NCBI GenBank assembly: GCA_951406725.2
Contig: OX597814.1
Span: forward strand, 139,128,001-139,192,000
Direction of reading: 5' to 3'
DNA: 64,000 bases
Source of the DNA: Octopus vulgaris
Lineage: Eukaryota
The translations under genes and the position numbers were made by a program. Below the pieces are notes generated by a model. The model did no database searches and was not told the DNA's origin. It saw only the letters and a list, made by a program, of their open reading frames with translations. Positions 52,460 to 64,000 of this stretch are shown piece by piece. Position 1 is the first letter of the stretch. The number at the start of each line of letters is the position of its first letter.

Positions 52460-53921
52460 GGTTCTACTATTTCAATGTTAATGAAATTAGTGCACATTGT
52501 AGATTATGGTATATTCCACAATATACATTAGTTTTAATATCTGGTTGATCTTCTTTTAGCATCAATTACTGTTTTTATACTGTACATATGCAACCAATTA
52601 TTAGTAAGACCAACGTCCAAAATAAACTTGTGTTTCCTTGGATTATTTCAGAGATTTATGCTAAAATACATTGTAGATACAGTTAATAAACAGTAAAATG
52701 CCTGAAACAAGAGAGTTGAGTGAGTGTGAGCGAGGTCAAATCGTAGCTCATCATAAAGATGGAATGTCTGAAAGGCAAATTGCTCAGAAGATGAAATGTT
52801 CTCGATGTGCGGTGCAAACGACTCTCAAACGCTTCAGAAAGACAAAAGGTGTGAAGACAATACAAAAAACAGGTAGAAAAATGGTTACATTACCTCGTGA
52901 TGACAGATCCATCAGCCGTCAGTCGCTCAAAAACAGGATAAAAACATCGTCGGAGCCCTATGCGGATTTCAACGAGACAAGTACTTCACAAATATCAAAC
53001 GGAACTGTTAGAAGAAGGCTTATAGAGTACCTTCTGAAAGGCTGTAAATCCAGGAAGAATCTATGGGTTTCTGAAGCGAATATGGATAAAAGACTTCAGT
53101 GCCCCGAAAACCACTCAAATTGGACCAGTGAGCAATGGTCGAAAATCATATGGCCTGATGAAAGTGACTATGAGGTAAGATAGTGCATGTATTCAATCAA
53201 CATATAAACTTAATGTAACTGGTTTGTTACTCAAAATATATTTTTAAAAAGTATCCAGCATAAAGCTAATATTATTTTTCGTGATTTTACTCAGGTTTTC
53301 GGTACATCTGGTGCAACTTTCGTGCGTCGCAAAGTTGGGGAAGCATTTAAGGCTGAATGTCTGGTGCCGTAAAACATGGGGGTGGTTCTATCATAGTGTG
53401 GGCCTGCATATCTACCACAGGACCCGGAGAAATGTTTTTATGTCAGGGAAGAGTGAGTTCAGTTACCTGTGTTTCTATGTTATCGGATGTTTTAGAGCCA
53501 TCAATTGCCAAATTGCATCCAGGATTGTAGAAAGCAGTGTTATCTTTCAACAGGACAACATTCCATATCATACAGCAAAGAATACTCGTCAATGGTTTGA
53601 GACACAGGGTATTGTTCCCATAGAATGGCCAGCTCAAAGTCTCGACCTAAATCCAATCGAACACATATGGGGAACTCTTGGTGAAGCTATCAGGAACACA
53701 ACAATTAAAACTAAAGAGCATTTGTACCAAAAGTTGAGGGAAGAATGGAGTAAAACTGCGCCTAGCACCTGCAAGAAAGTAGTAGATTCAATGCCTAACC
53801 GTATAAAAGCGGAAATTGAGGCTAAAGGAGGGTCAACCAGATATTAAAATTAATATATATTGTGAAATATACCATAATCTACCATGTGCACGAGTTTCGT
53901 TAACATTGAGATAGCAGAACC
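52460..53921 (+). mobile_element. Tc1-like (DD34E) DNA transposon with ~121-bp inverted repeats
   Basis: IRs 52460-52580 and 53801-53921 (imperfect); right side interrupted by C/A runs and a SINE. Confidence 0.8.
52698..53847 (+). pseudogene. intron-containing Tc1 transposase (exon 1 52698-53174, intron 53175-53294, exon 2 53295-53847), exon 2 frameshifted
   Basis: MPETRELSECERGQIV HTH, TVRRRL, IWPDESDYE|VFGTSGATFVRRK after splicing GAG/GTAAGA..TTTTACTCAG/G, KHGGGSIIVW, FQQDNIPYH-34 aa-LNPIEHIW, KGGSTRY*. Confidence 0.9.
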
Positions 53922-53949
53922 CCCCCCCCCCAAAAAAAAAAATATATAT

Positions 53950-55060
53950 ATAGGCGCAAGAATCACTTGGTTCTGGGTTCGGTCCCACTGCGTAGCACCT
54001 TGGGCAAGTGTCTTCTACTATAGCCTCTAGCCAACCAAAGCCTTGTTAATGGATTTGGTAGGCGGAAATTGAAAAAGCTCGTCGTATGTGTGTGTTTTCC
54101 CCCATCATCGCTTGACAACTGATATTGGTGTGTTTACGTCCCTGTAACTTAGCGGTTCGGCAAAAGAGACCGATAGGATTAGTACTAGGTTTACAAAGAA
54201 TAAGTCCTGGGGACGATATGTTCGACTAAAGGTGGTGCCCCAGCATAGCCGCAGTCAAGCAAGCTCACTCACAAGACACTGCTCAGCCTGGAGCTATAGT
54301 AAAAGGCACAAAGCGTGGTGCAGTGGAACTGAACCCGAAACTTCGTAGTCGTAAAGTAAATTTCTTAGCTATACGACCATACCTGCACCTATGTGTCTAG
54401 CATTTCCTTGATTTCCATCCCTTCATAACTCAGAACCTGTGAGGCATAGGAAAGTTTTATTCACACCAATGATTTTCACATGAGAGATAATCCATAGTAA
54501 TGTTAATCAAAATCTAACGTGTAAGTTTTGTCTTTTATTTGTTTCAGTCATTTGACTGTGGCCATGCTGGGGCACTGCCTTAAAAGGTTTTAGTCAAGCA
54601 TATCGATCCCGGGCTTTTTTTGAAGCCTGGTACTTATTCTATCGCTCTCTTTTGCTGAACATTTAGGCTAAAGGTACGTAAAAACACCGACACCGATTAT
54701 CAGGTGGTGATGAGACACAACACACACACATACATGCCACACACACGCTTATATATATATATAAATTAAATTAAATTTAATTTAATTTTATTTAATTTAT
54801 ATAAAAATTTTTTGCGTGTGTGTGGTTTTTCTCTATATTATATAATATTTTACTATAAATTGTATATATATAGATATATATAGAGAGAGAGAGATATACA
54901 TGACAGACTTCTCTCAGTTTCCGTTTAGCAAATCCATTCGCAAGGCTTTGGTCGACCCGAGGCTACAGTAGAAGACACCTGTCCATGGTGCCAAGCAGTG
55001 GGACTGAACCCGGAACCATTTGTTTCGAAAGCAAGCTTTTTACCACACTGTTACGCCTGC
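53950..55060. mobile_element. cluster of SINE family A copies (53950-54260 plus; 54260-54390 and 54530-55060 minus)
   Basis: Family A consensus blocks. Confidence 0.75.
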
Positions 55061-55444
55061 GTTTACCGCAAAATTTTTAAATAGGTTCAGTGATTAGGTA
55101 TAGAGTATCTAGATTGCAGAAGTTAGCAGAGAATTCGCTGACTATGTTGCTGCTGCGAAGGAGTTTGCATTATAGTTCAATCTTCAGAATGGAGAAATAA
55201 GATCAACACAGCACATTCAACACATATATCTCCAAATCTCATTCTTCGAAAATCTTATCGTTTTCAATTTTTACTTTATCGGTTATGTGTTTGCAGTTAT
55301 GCTGGGGTACCGCCATGACGAATTTTGGTCGGACATATATACATATATATATATATACCTTTGAGAATTTGGCTTTAGGATCAACACCACAAAAATCAAC
55401 GTTTTAGACTTATTCTGTCAGGCTACGGTCCTGCTTTGCGGTGA

Positions 55445-56714
55445 AAAATACGTATCGTGTAGTTGTGTATTGCCACCGTTATTGTCTTTGACAAAGCACA
55501 TGACTGTAAATGATGATGATCCAAGTTATATAGCCAGATTCAAGGCAGCATTTGTTAATGACTTCAGCAAATGTGGAGCTGACATGAAAAGTATTGAAAT
55601 ATTACAGATTGCAACAGCATTTGATCCACGATATAAAAACTTGAAGTGTTTATCAGACGATTCAAAAGAACAAACTTGGTTACTTATTAGATAGCAAATA
55701 GCAGCTGATGTTAATGATGATTAATTGAAGACTAATGCACAAGATGATACTTACAGTGTCAGTAAATCTATACGCAAACCGAATGAAAAGCGTATTAAGC
55801 TGATGGAGCCTGACTCACACTTAGAAGAGGGTGTCAAAAATGCTTCTAGTGAAGTACAGCGATATAAAATGGAGAAAAAACTTGCTGAATCAGTTGATCC
55901 ACTACAATGGTGGAAACGTAATTTACATCGATATCCGAAATTGGCATTTTTTGCCAAGACTGTTCTGTGCCTACCAGCTACCTCGGTTCCGTGTGAACGA
56001 TTATTTAGCTCTGCTGGTTACATTGTTAACAAGACGCGCTCATCACTTGAACCAAATACTGTTAAAATGTTTGTGTGTTTGCGTAACTGGTTATCCAACA
56101 ACATTTGAGTAAGGAAACGCCTGTGCTATTTCTTGTTTTTAACTGAATTTTAATACAAATATCATAAACTTGTCAATAAATGCAACTGCATAAGGCGGCG
56201 AGCTGGCAGAAACGTTAGCACGCCGGGCGAAATGAGTAGCCGTATTTCGTCTGTCGCTACGTTCTGAGTTCAAATTCCGCCGAGGTCGACTTTGCCTTTC
56301 ATCCTTTCGGGGTCGATAAATTAAGTACCAGTTGCACACTGGGGTCGATGTAATCGACTTGATCCGTTTGTATGTCCTTGTTTGTCCCCTCTGTGTTTAG
56401 CCCCTTGTGGGTAGTAAAGAAATTGGTATTTCGTCTGCCGCTACTCTCTGAGTTCAAATTCCGCCGAGGTCGACTTTGCCTTTCATCCTTTTCGGGTCGA
56501 TTAAATAAGTAGCAGTTACGTACTGGGGTCGATGTAATCAACTTAATCCCTTTGTCTGTCCTTGTTTGTCTCTGTGTTTAGCCCCTTGTGAGCAATAAAG
56601 AAAGAAATACATGCAACTGCAGACATTTTATGTTTTAATGGAAATTAACTATTAATTAATCGCTAATTTCTCAAAAGTTAATAATTAAAATTAAATTAAT
56701 TGTTACCAGCCCTG
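55445..56714 (+). mobile_element. hAT transposon 3' half (ZBED/Ac-like) with right terminus
   Basis: IATAFDPRYK; hATC dimerisation domain DPLQWWK..YPKLA..LCLPATSVPCERLFSSAG..RSSL (to 56108); in-frame stops at ~55692 and 55722; terminus TTAATTGTTACCAGCCCTG (CAGGGCTGG.. on minus) with AT-rich subterminal TTAATT repeats. Confidence 0.85.
56191..56605 (+). mobile_element. dimeric SINE family B inserted in the hAT, with 16-bp TSD
   Basis: TSD AATA(A/C)ATGCAACTGCA at 56175-56190 and 56606-56621; tail CAATAAAGAAAGA. Confidence 0.92.
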
Positions 56715-56926
56715 ATATATATTTTCCTTTTATCGTGGAGGTGGGGGAGGGGGCTTAATAAAATATGCAACACTTGAGCACTGGGGGTGGTTATAATCGA
56801 GTAGATTCCTACCCAAAATTTCAGGCTTTATGTCCAATGTAGAAAAGAGCATATGTATCTTGTAAAAGATACGAGAGTTTGGTGATTGCGAAAATAGTAC
56901 AATGCTGTACTATTAACCTTACAGTA

Positions 56927-57434
56927 CAGTAATCTCTCACCATATCACGGTTTATTATTTAAGCTTACGTCGATTCCTCCGTGGTGCTGTTTTGCATTTA
57001 TAATAAAATAAATTGTGAAGGCGCGTGGCTTAGTGGTTAAGGGCATTCGGCTCATGAGCGTAAGGTCGTGAGTTCAATTCCCGGCTACGCATTGTGTCCT
57101 TGAGCAAGACACTTTATTTCAAGTTGCTCCAATCAACTCAGCTGGCAAAAATGAGAAGTACCTGTATTTCGAAGGGCCAGCCTTGTCACATTCTGTGTCA
57201 CGCTGAATCTCCCTAAGAACTATGTTAAGGGTACACGTGTCGGTGGAGTGCTCAGCCACTTGCACGTTAATTTCACGAGCAAGCTGTTCCGTTGATCGTA
57301 TCAGCGGGGACCCTCGAAGTCGTAACCAACGGAGTGCTCTTTTATAATAAAATAAATATATACAAATTATAAAAATGATAATAAAATTATATACAGTACT
57401 TCACGGATTTTCACCTATCGCGAGGAGTTTGCTG
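56927..57434. mobile_element. Tigger/pogo-like MITE interrupted by a SINE
   Basis: TA-CAGTAATCTCTCACCATATCACG..TTCACGGATTTTCACCTATCGCG..CTG-TA; reverse orientation of 46871-47085. Confidence 0.65.
57014..57340 (+). mobile_element. SINE family C, full length, 17-bp TSD
   Basis: TGGCTTAGTGGTTAAG A box, GAGTTCAATTCCC B box, GTGTCCTTGAGCAAGACACTT core; TSD TTTATAATAAAATAAAT at 56997-57013 and 57341-57357. Confidence 0.92.
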
Positions 57435-58459
57435 TATTTAATTTCTGAAGTCTACTTTATAATTCCTCTGCGGGATATATAAAATTGCTACCAGACATAT
57501 ACTGAAGTCAACTGATTCAACTATACATCTCTCCTGAAAATTTATGGGCCTTTTATCAATGTAGGAAGCTTGCATTATGTCTAAAACACATTTCAGTATT
57601 TTTCTCTAAGATACTCGTGGCTTTTACTTGAAAGGTTAATGAACTTGAAACTGCCAGTAATAAAGTTATATAGCTAAAGACGTCTGGTTGTCTTACAGAA
57701 TAAAAGAACAATTACTATAATCTATGGTGACGTGGCAAATAGGAATTCTAAACTGACTATTTGATTAACAATAATACGATTCTCATTTTATATGTCAGGT
57801 ATTTTCTTTTCATCTGTGTCATTGAGAATGACCAATTAATGATCGTGGTTATTTAGTATAATAGCAGTGCTAAGAGTAAGCATTTGTCGTATGCTGGTTA
57901 TCAGATCTATATGGGATTAGCTGTGTTAGTTTTCGTACGGCGTTCGATTCCCCGCTAACTCAGCTTGCGGGTATGTAAAAATACGAGATAACGAGACTAG
58001 AAACAACAGTCAAATCATCTTTAAATCGAATGTTACTGTCTTGTAAAAACGAAGAAGCTCACATTAAAACCACGTAGTTTTGGGTTCAAGCACACTACGC
58101 TGCAGGGCCTTCTATTATAGCCCCGGGCTGATCAATACCAAGTGTGTGAATATGGTTAGACAGAGATTTTGTGGAAGCTCATCGTGCGTGTGTGTGTGTG
58201 TGTGTGTGAACGCACGTATGTGTGTGGATATGTGTATATGTTTGTGTTTACGTTTCCCCCACCGCCTCTTCAAAACTAATGTTGGTTTGTTTATACTCTT
58301 GTAACATAGCTGAAGAACGGTCGCTAATCATTTTTTCCTACGTGCTAACCATCGTGCCAGCTCGCCACTTTAGTAAACCCTTCTACAATAGGCACAAGAC
58401 CTGAAATTTTGTAGGAAAGAGGCAAATCGTTTAATCGACACCAGGGCTCAGCTGATGAA

Positions 58460-58727
58460 AGTAAAGTAAAAAGTAAAGTTACCTTCTCAAACTATACTGA
58501 CGCATAAGAGCCGGCTTCTCGCTTTCCATAGCGTATACATTTCCCACCTGGACAGGACGCCGGTCCATCGCAGGATTACTCATTTTTGCCAGTTAAATGG
58601 ACTGGAGCAACGTGAAATTGAGTGTTTAGCTCAAGAACACAATGCGCCGCCAGGTTCAGGAATCGAAGCCACAATCTTACGATCATGATGAGTTCAACAC
58701 CCTAACCACTAAGCCACGCGCCTCCAC
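58460..58727 (-). mobile_element. tRNA-derived SINE (family C-like head, (TTTAC)n tail) nested in a family B SINE
   Basis: Minus head GTGGAGGCGCGTGGCTTAGTGGTTAGG, GTTCTTGAGCTAAACACT core, CTGCGATGGACCGGCGTCCTGTCCAG block. Confidence 0.75.
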
Positions 58728-59095
58728 AGCTGGTACCGAAAGGAAGAAAGGGAAAGTGAACTTCGACAGCATTTCAGCTCACTCAGAATGTAAAGACGGA
58801 CGAAATATTGCTAAGCGTTTTGTCTGGCGTGCTAACGATTCTGCTTCCTCGCTACCTAAATCCTTTCTATTATAGACGCATGGCCTTACATTTTGTGGGA
58901 CGGGTCTAGTTGATTACATACTTATAGTATTGACCCCGAAAGAATTAAAAGCAAAGTCAACCTCGTCAGAATTTGGACTCAGAAACTAAAGGTCCTGAAT
59001 AAATACCGCAAAGCATTTATTCAGACACGCTGATGATTCTACCAACTGGCCGCTTTGTTTAATAATGATAATCATTTCACATTTTTGGCACAAGG

Positions 59096-59131
<36 letters not shown>

Positions 59132-59484
59132 CAATAACGATGATGATGGTGAAGGAGAAAACGGGGAGGAGGAGAAGGTGAGGTTATCACGGAATGTTAA
59201 AGACATTGATGTAGTTATCTGGAATTATGACATGGAGAGGCGTTGCCAAGAATGGCATGGTTGCCTTGACGAGTGATGTTTAGGAAAAGGAAGAAGTTCT
59301 TCCCAGAATAAAAAATGAAAAAATCGACAGTAAGATGTTAGTATTCGGAAGAGATAATCATTTCAAATTTTTGGCACAAGGCCAGTAATTTTAAAGGAAG
59401 AAGCAAGTTGATTACACTGACCCTGTTGCTCAATGAAAAGCAAGTCGATCTCAACGGGAGGAATGCTACTAAGCAATTTTATTA

Positions 59485-59623
59485 CAGTAATACCTCACCA
59501 TATCGCGCTTCACTTATCGCCCACTCAGTGCATCGTGGTTCACCTATTGCGCACTCAATACATCACAGATTTTTCTGGCTAATATATGTAATTTTATGTC
59601 GCGGGCTCCCCAGTATATCGCGG
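59485..59623. mobile_element. partial Tigger-like MITE
   Basis: TA-CAGTAATACCTCACCATATCGCGCTTCACTTATCGC. Confidence 0.55.
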
Positions 59624-60081
59624 AAGGAATGCCAAAAGGCCTGAAATTTTGTACGAAAGGGACAAGACGTTTAAATCGACACCAGAGCTCAGCTGACAAA
59701 GATAAAGTAAAAAGTAAAGTTACCTTCTCAAACTATACTGACTCATAAGAGCCGGTTTCCCGCTTTCCATGGCGTATACATTCCGGAAGGAATGCTACTA
59801 AGCATTTTGTCCGGCATGCTAACGATTCTGAATAATGCATATTATTATCGTTGTTGTTGAAACTTTAGTGGTTAGTCTTCATCATCACTACGACATTCAT
59901 CGGCAACCACAGTATGGTCTGACTGGTAAGTATAACTAAGATATCATTAGCGAAGAACGTTCGACACGAAAGGAAAAACGTGAAGACTTCAAAGTGAAGT
60001 TGCTGCGTTTGACTAGCGATAATTTGCATCTTAACTCGCTAAAAATATCTCTTTCTTTCTCTCTCTCTTTCCCTCTCACTC

Positions 60082-60082
<1 letters not shown>

Positions 60083-60177
<95 letters not shown>

Positions 60178-60182
60178 CAGAC

Positions 60183-60249
<67 letters not shown>

Positions 60250-60281
60250 CAGATAGATATATAGATAGATAGATAGATAGG

Positions 60282-60339
<58 letters not shown>

Positions 60340-60345
60340 CATAGA
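60083..60345. repeat. (GATA)n microsatellite
   Basis: Direct reading. Confidence 0.95.
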
Positions 60346-60609
60346 TAGAAAAGTATTTCACACATATACACGGACACACATAAGCATACATACGTAAATA
60401 AATTTCATTGATAGAAATACGTTCAGATACATGTGCACACACACACACACACACTCGCAAGCACTCACACACAATCACTCATACACACACACACACACAC
60501 GATCCACTCAAGACATCCAACAGAAAGATGTTCAAATGAAACTATGAAATTCAAAGATCCTTATACATACATACAAACATACAAACATACATACATATAC
60601 ATACATACA

Positions 60610-60685
<76 letters not shown>

Positions 60686-60723
60686 ATAAACTTACTTAGA
60701 CAGAAACATAGAGAGAGAGGTAG

Positions 60724-60724
<1 letters not shown>

Positions 60725-60790
<66 letters not shown>

Positions 60791-60794
60791 AGGA

Positions 60795-60830
<36 letters not shown>
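60725..60830. repeat. (GAAA)n microsatellite
   Basis: Direct reading. Confidence 0.95.
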
Positions 60831-61068
60831 GACACCGAGAGACATAAAGAAATGGAAGAAGAACGCGAGAGACAGCAAGTGAGTTTTAATCATGGTACTG
60901 CAAAGTTTCATTTCGTATTCTTCTCCAAGAATTGGTGAAGAGATTCTTGAAACATCTAGATGTACTACTGTTTCTTTTATATGCCAACGATATGAAAGAA
61001 ATACCAGAATTCGATTAATTGCAGGCAGAGGAACGACTTCAGTATTACACCAATTTAAATTCCCTGCA

Positions 61069-61138
<70 letters not shown>

Positions 61139-61378
61139 ATTTGTACAAGTGTGTGCGTGCGTTAGTGTGTGTATGCATGTAAGTAATGTATGTATACGCA
61201 TCTATGCATATATGCATGTATCTATCTTATATATATGTGTATATGTATATATACATACATATACACACACAAAGAGGTTTAGATGTAGATATATATATAC
61301 ACATACACATGTATGTATATTTCTGCCTATATAGATAAAATACATATATGTGTGCCGTGTACATGCGCATACATGTAT

Positions 61379-61469
<91 letters not shown>

Positions 61470-61653
61470 GATAAACACAGACACATACGCACACACACAC
61501 GCAGACACATGTAAAGTGAAGTACAGAATCCAAGGGGACTGTTGGTGACGGGGCAGATCCATTGGTAAGAACTGCCGTTATAGTATCAAAGTAAAATTAC
61601 TCTAGTCGATACGCTGTAAGGGAAGACATCTCTTGGAACACGACAGACAGATG

Positions 61654-61688
<35 letters not shown>

Positions 61689-61690
61689 AC

Positions 61691-61757
<67 letters not shown>

Positions 61758-61814
61758 AATTTAGATATCCAGATATATACAGAAATACAGATATAAATTT
61801 ACATATACACATGC

Positions 61815-61862
<48 letters not shown>

Positions 61863-61867
61863 TATAT

Positions 61868-61899
<32 letters not shown>

Positions 61900-61906
61900 C
61901 ATATAC

Positions 61907-61991
<85 letters not shown>

Positions 61992-62275
61992 ATATATATA
62001 TATATATATATATTCTCGCGCGTATGCATGCCTCCACTGGTATATAGATTTCATGTAGGTTTAATTGTAAGTAACTTAGAGTTAGAATTATAATCCTGTG
62101 TCCAATGCATTCGACTTTTTCAGAACTAGTAAATTAAATTCGTATGAGTGACGAGTGTTGAATGTAATGAAATAGAAATAAAGAAGGGAAGAAAAGAGGA
62201 CGGAAGGGCAGAAGAACGACAGGGCGGAAGGAGAAAATGTGTCAAAGGAACGAAAGGGAAGAGAATGGGGAGGGG

Positions 62276-62370
62276 GAAGAAGAAGAAGAAGAAGAAGAAG
62301 AAGAAGAAGAAGAAGAAGAAGAAGAAGAAGAAGAAGAAGAAGAAGAAGAAGAAGAAAAAGAAGAAGAAGA
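62276..62370. repeat. (GAA)n microsatellite
   Basis: Direct reading. Confidence 0.95.
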
Positions 62371-62744
62371 CAATAACGATGACTATGTTGAAGAAGGAGA
62401 AAACGGGGAGGTGGAGAAGGATTGGTTGTAACGGAGTGTTAAAGACATTGATGTAGCTGTCTGGAATTATGACTTGGAGAGGCGTTGCCAAGAATGGCAT
62501 GGTTGCCTTGACGAGTGATGTTTAGGAAAAGGAAGAAGTTCTTCCCACAATAAAGAATGAAGAAATCGACAGTAAGATGTTAGTATTCGGAAGAGATTGA
62601 ACGCAAATATATTGTGAATCTGAAAGAAGATAACAGAAGAAAAAAAAACTAAAGAAAAATCAATGCCGAAAGAAAAATAACTGAAAATATGGTTTTCTAT
62701 AAACGTGTAATAATGAGGAAAAAATTGACTATTAACACTAATAT

Positions 62745-63160
62745 TGATTTCAAATTTTGGCACAAAGCCAGCAAGCTCTGGGAAGTGGGTAAGTCACTTA
62801 CATCAACTCCAGTGCTCCACTGGCACTTATTTTATCGACCCTTAAAGAATAAAAGGCAAAGTCGACCTCGGCAGAATTTGAACTCAGAACTTAAAGACAA
62901 CCGAAATGGCGCTATGAATTTTGTCCGGGGAGCTAACGGTTCTGCTAGCTCACTGCCTTATTACCCCTTAATATTAATGTTAATATTAAGGGCCTTTCGT
63001 TTGTCTTCATGCTCTGAGTTCAAATTCCGCCGAGGTCAACTTTGCTCTTTTTCCTTTTGGGGTCGATAAAATAAGTACCAGTTGAGCACTAGTGTTGATG
63101 TAATCGACTTGCACCCTCCCCAACAATCGTTGTCCTTGTGCCAAAATTTGAAACAATATT
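62745..63160. mobile_element. two head-to-head SINE family B copies (62745-62960 minus, 62995-63160 plus)
   Basis: Family B consensus in opposite orientations. Confidence 0.75.
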
Positions 63161-63179
63161 AACAATACAAGGTTATAAG

Positions 63180-63480
63180 GTGGAGGCGCAATGGCCCAGT
63201 GGTCAGGGCAGCGGACTCGCGGACTCGCGGTCGGAGGATCGCGGTTTCGATTCCCAGACCGGGTGTTGTGTGTTTATTGAGCGAAAACATCTAAAAGTTC
63301 CACGATCTCCGGCAAGGGGTGGTGGCAAACCCGGTTGTACTCTCTCGCCACAACATTCTCTCACTCTCTCTCTTCCTGTTTTTTGAGTAACGCTGCGATG
63401 GACTGGCGTCCCGTCCAGCTGGGGGGAACACATACGACACAGAAACCGGGAAACCGGGCCCATGAGCCTGGTTATGTTTG
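63180..63480 (+). mobile_element. SINE family D, near full length
   Basis: tRNA-like head TGGCCCAGTGGTCAGG..GGTTTCGATTCCC; CTGCGATGGACTGGCGTCCCGTCCAG block reminiscent of V-SINE-type sequence. Confidence 0.8.
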
Positions 63481-63497
63481 AAAGACGGTTATGTTAT

Positions 63498-63712
63498 AAG
63501 ACGGCGAGCTGGTAGTGTGGTTAGCACACCGGACAAAATGCTTAGCGACATCTCGTCTTTCTTTACGTTCTGAGTTCAAATTCCGCCCAGATCGACGTTG
63601 CCTTTTATCCTTACGAGGTTGATAAAGTAAGTACCTTACGGGGTCGACGCAATTGACTTATCCCCTCCACCGAAATTGCTGTGCCAAAATTGTGCCAAAA
63701 TTCAAAATCAAT
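63498..63712 (+). mobile_element. SINE family B
   Basis: GGCGAGCTGG..GAGTTCAAATTCCGCC..GCCTTTTATCC..GATAAAGTAAGTACC. Confidence 0.75.
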
Positions 63713-63861
63713 AAGGGGTTATGAGTGAAGTAGGTTTCATAAATGGAATTGGCACTTTTGAAATATTTCGTCTTGATGTCTTAATTTGCAGTATTTTTTA
63801 TGTGTTGAAACATAGTTTGTTTCACTGAAAACGATTTTAGTAAGTTAAGAATAGTTCATAC

Positions 63862-64000
63862 TTTTATTCTTTTATTCTTTTACTTGTTTTAATCAATTTG
63901 ACTGCTGTCATGCTGGAGCATCGCCTTTACTCGAGCAAATCGACCCCAGGACTTATTTTTTGTAAGCCTAGTACTAATTCTATCGGTCTCTTTTGCTGAT
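63862..64000 (-). mobile_element. SINE family A 3' end (truncated by window edge)
   Basis: (TTTTATTC)n tail, CATGCTGGAGCA, GACCCCAGGACTTATT, AAGCCTAGTACT. Confidence 0.8.

Noticed and set aside
54748-54810. AT-only palindromic stretch
   Set aside because: Self-complementarity is expected by chance in A/T-only low-complexity sequence.

Overview
AT-rich eukaryotic (animal) DNA made up almost entirely of microsatellites and transposable elements. The tRNA-derived SINE families and the repeat landscape suggest an octopus/coleoid cephalopod genome; this is inferred, not confirmed. No host protein-coding gene can be supported, and most ORFs in the supplied track are translated simple repeats. DNA transposons recognised: a full-length but frameshifted DD34D mariner with TIRs and TA TSD (25222-26512), a Tc1 DD34E element whose transposase contains a 120-bp GT-AG intron (52698-53847), a hAT 3' half, maT and Tc1 remnants, and Tigger-like MITEs. 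Retroelements recognised: four R4/Dong-like RLE LINE fragments, CR1/L2-type and Tx1/L1-type LINE fragments, a Gypsy pol remnant and dozens of SINE copies. The most interesting signal is a set of about eight minimal type I hammerhead-ribozyme-like motifs of Penelope/retrozyme type. These include a 476-nt-period direct-repeat unit with a family-conserved non-canonical core, a convergent pair, and a canonical-core copy in a unit bounded by 14-bp inverted repeats. A dimeric SINE also shares its 3' tail with a Tx1/L1-like LINE in the same window. Coordinates of degenerate elements are approximate.
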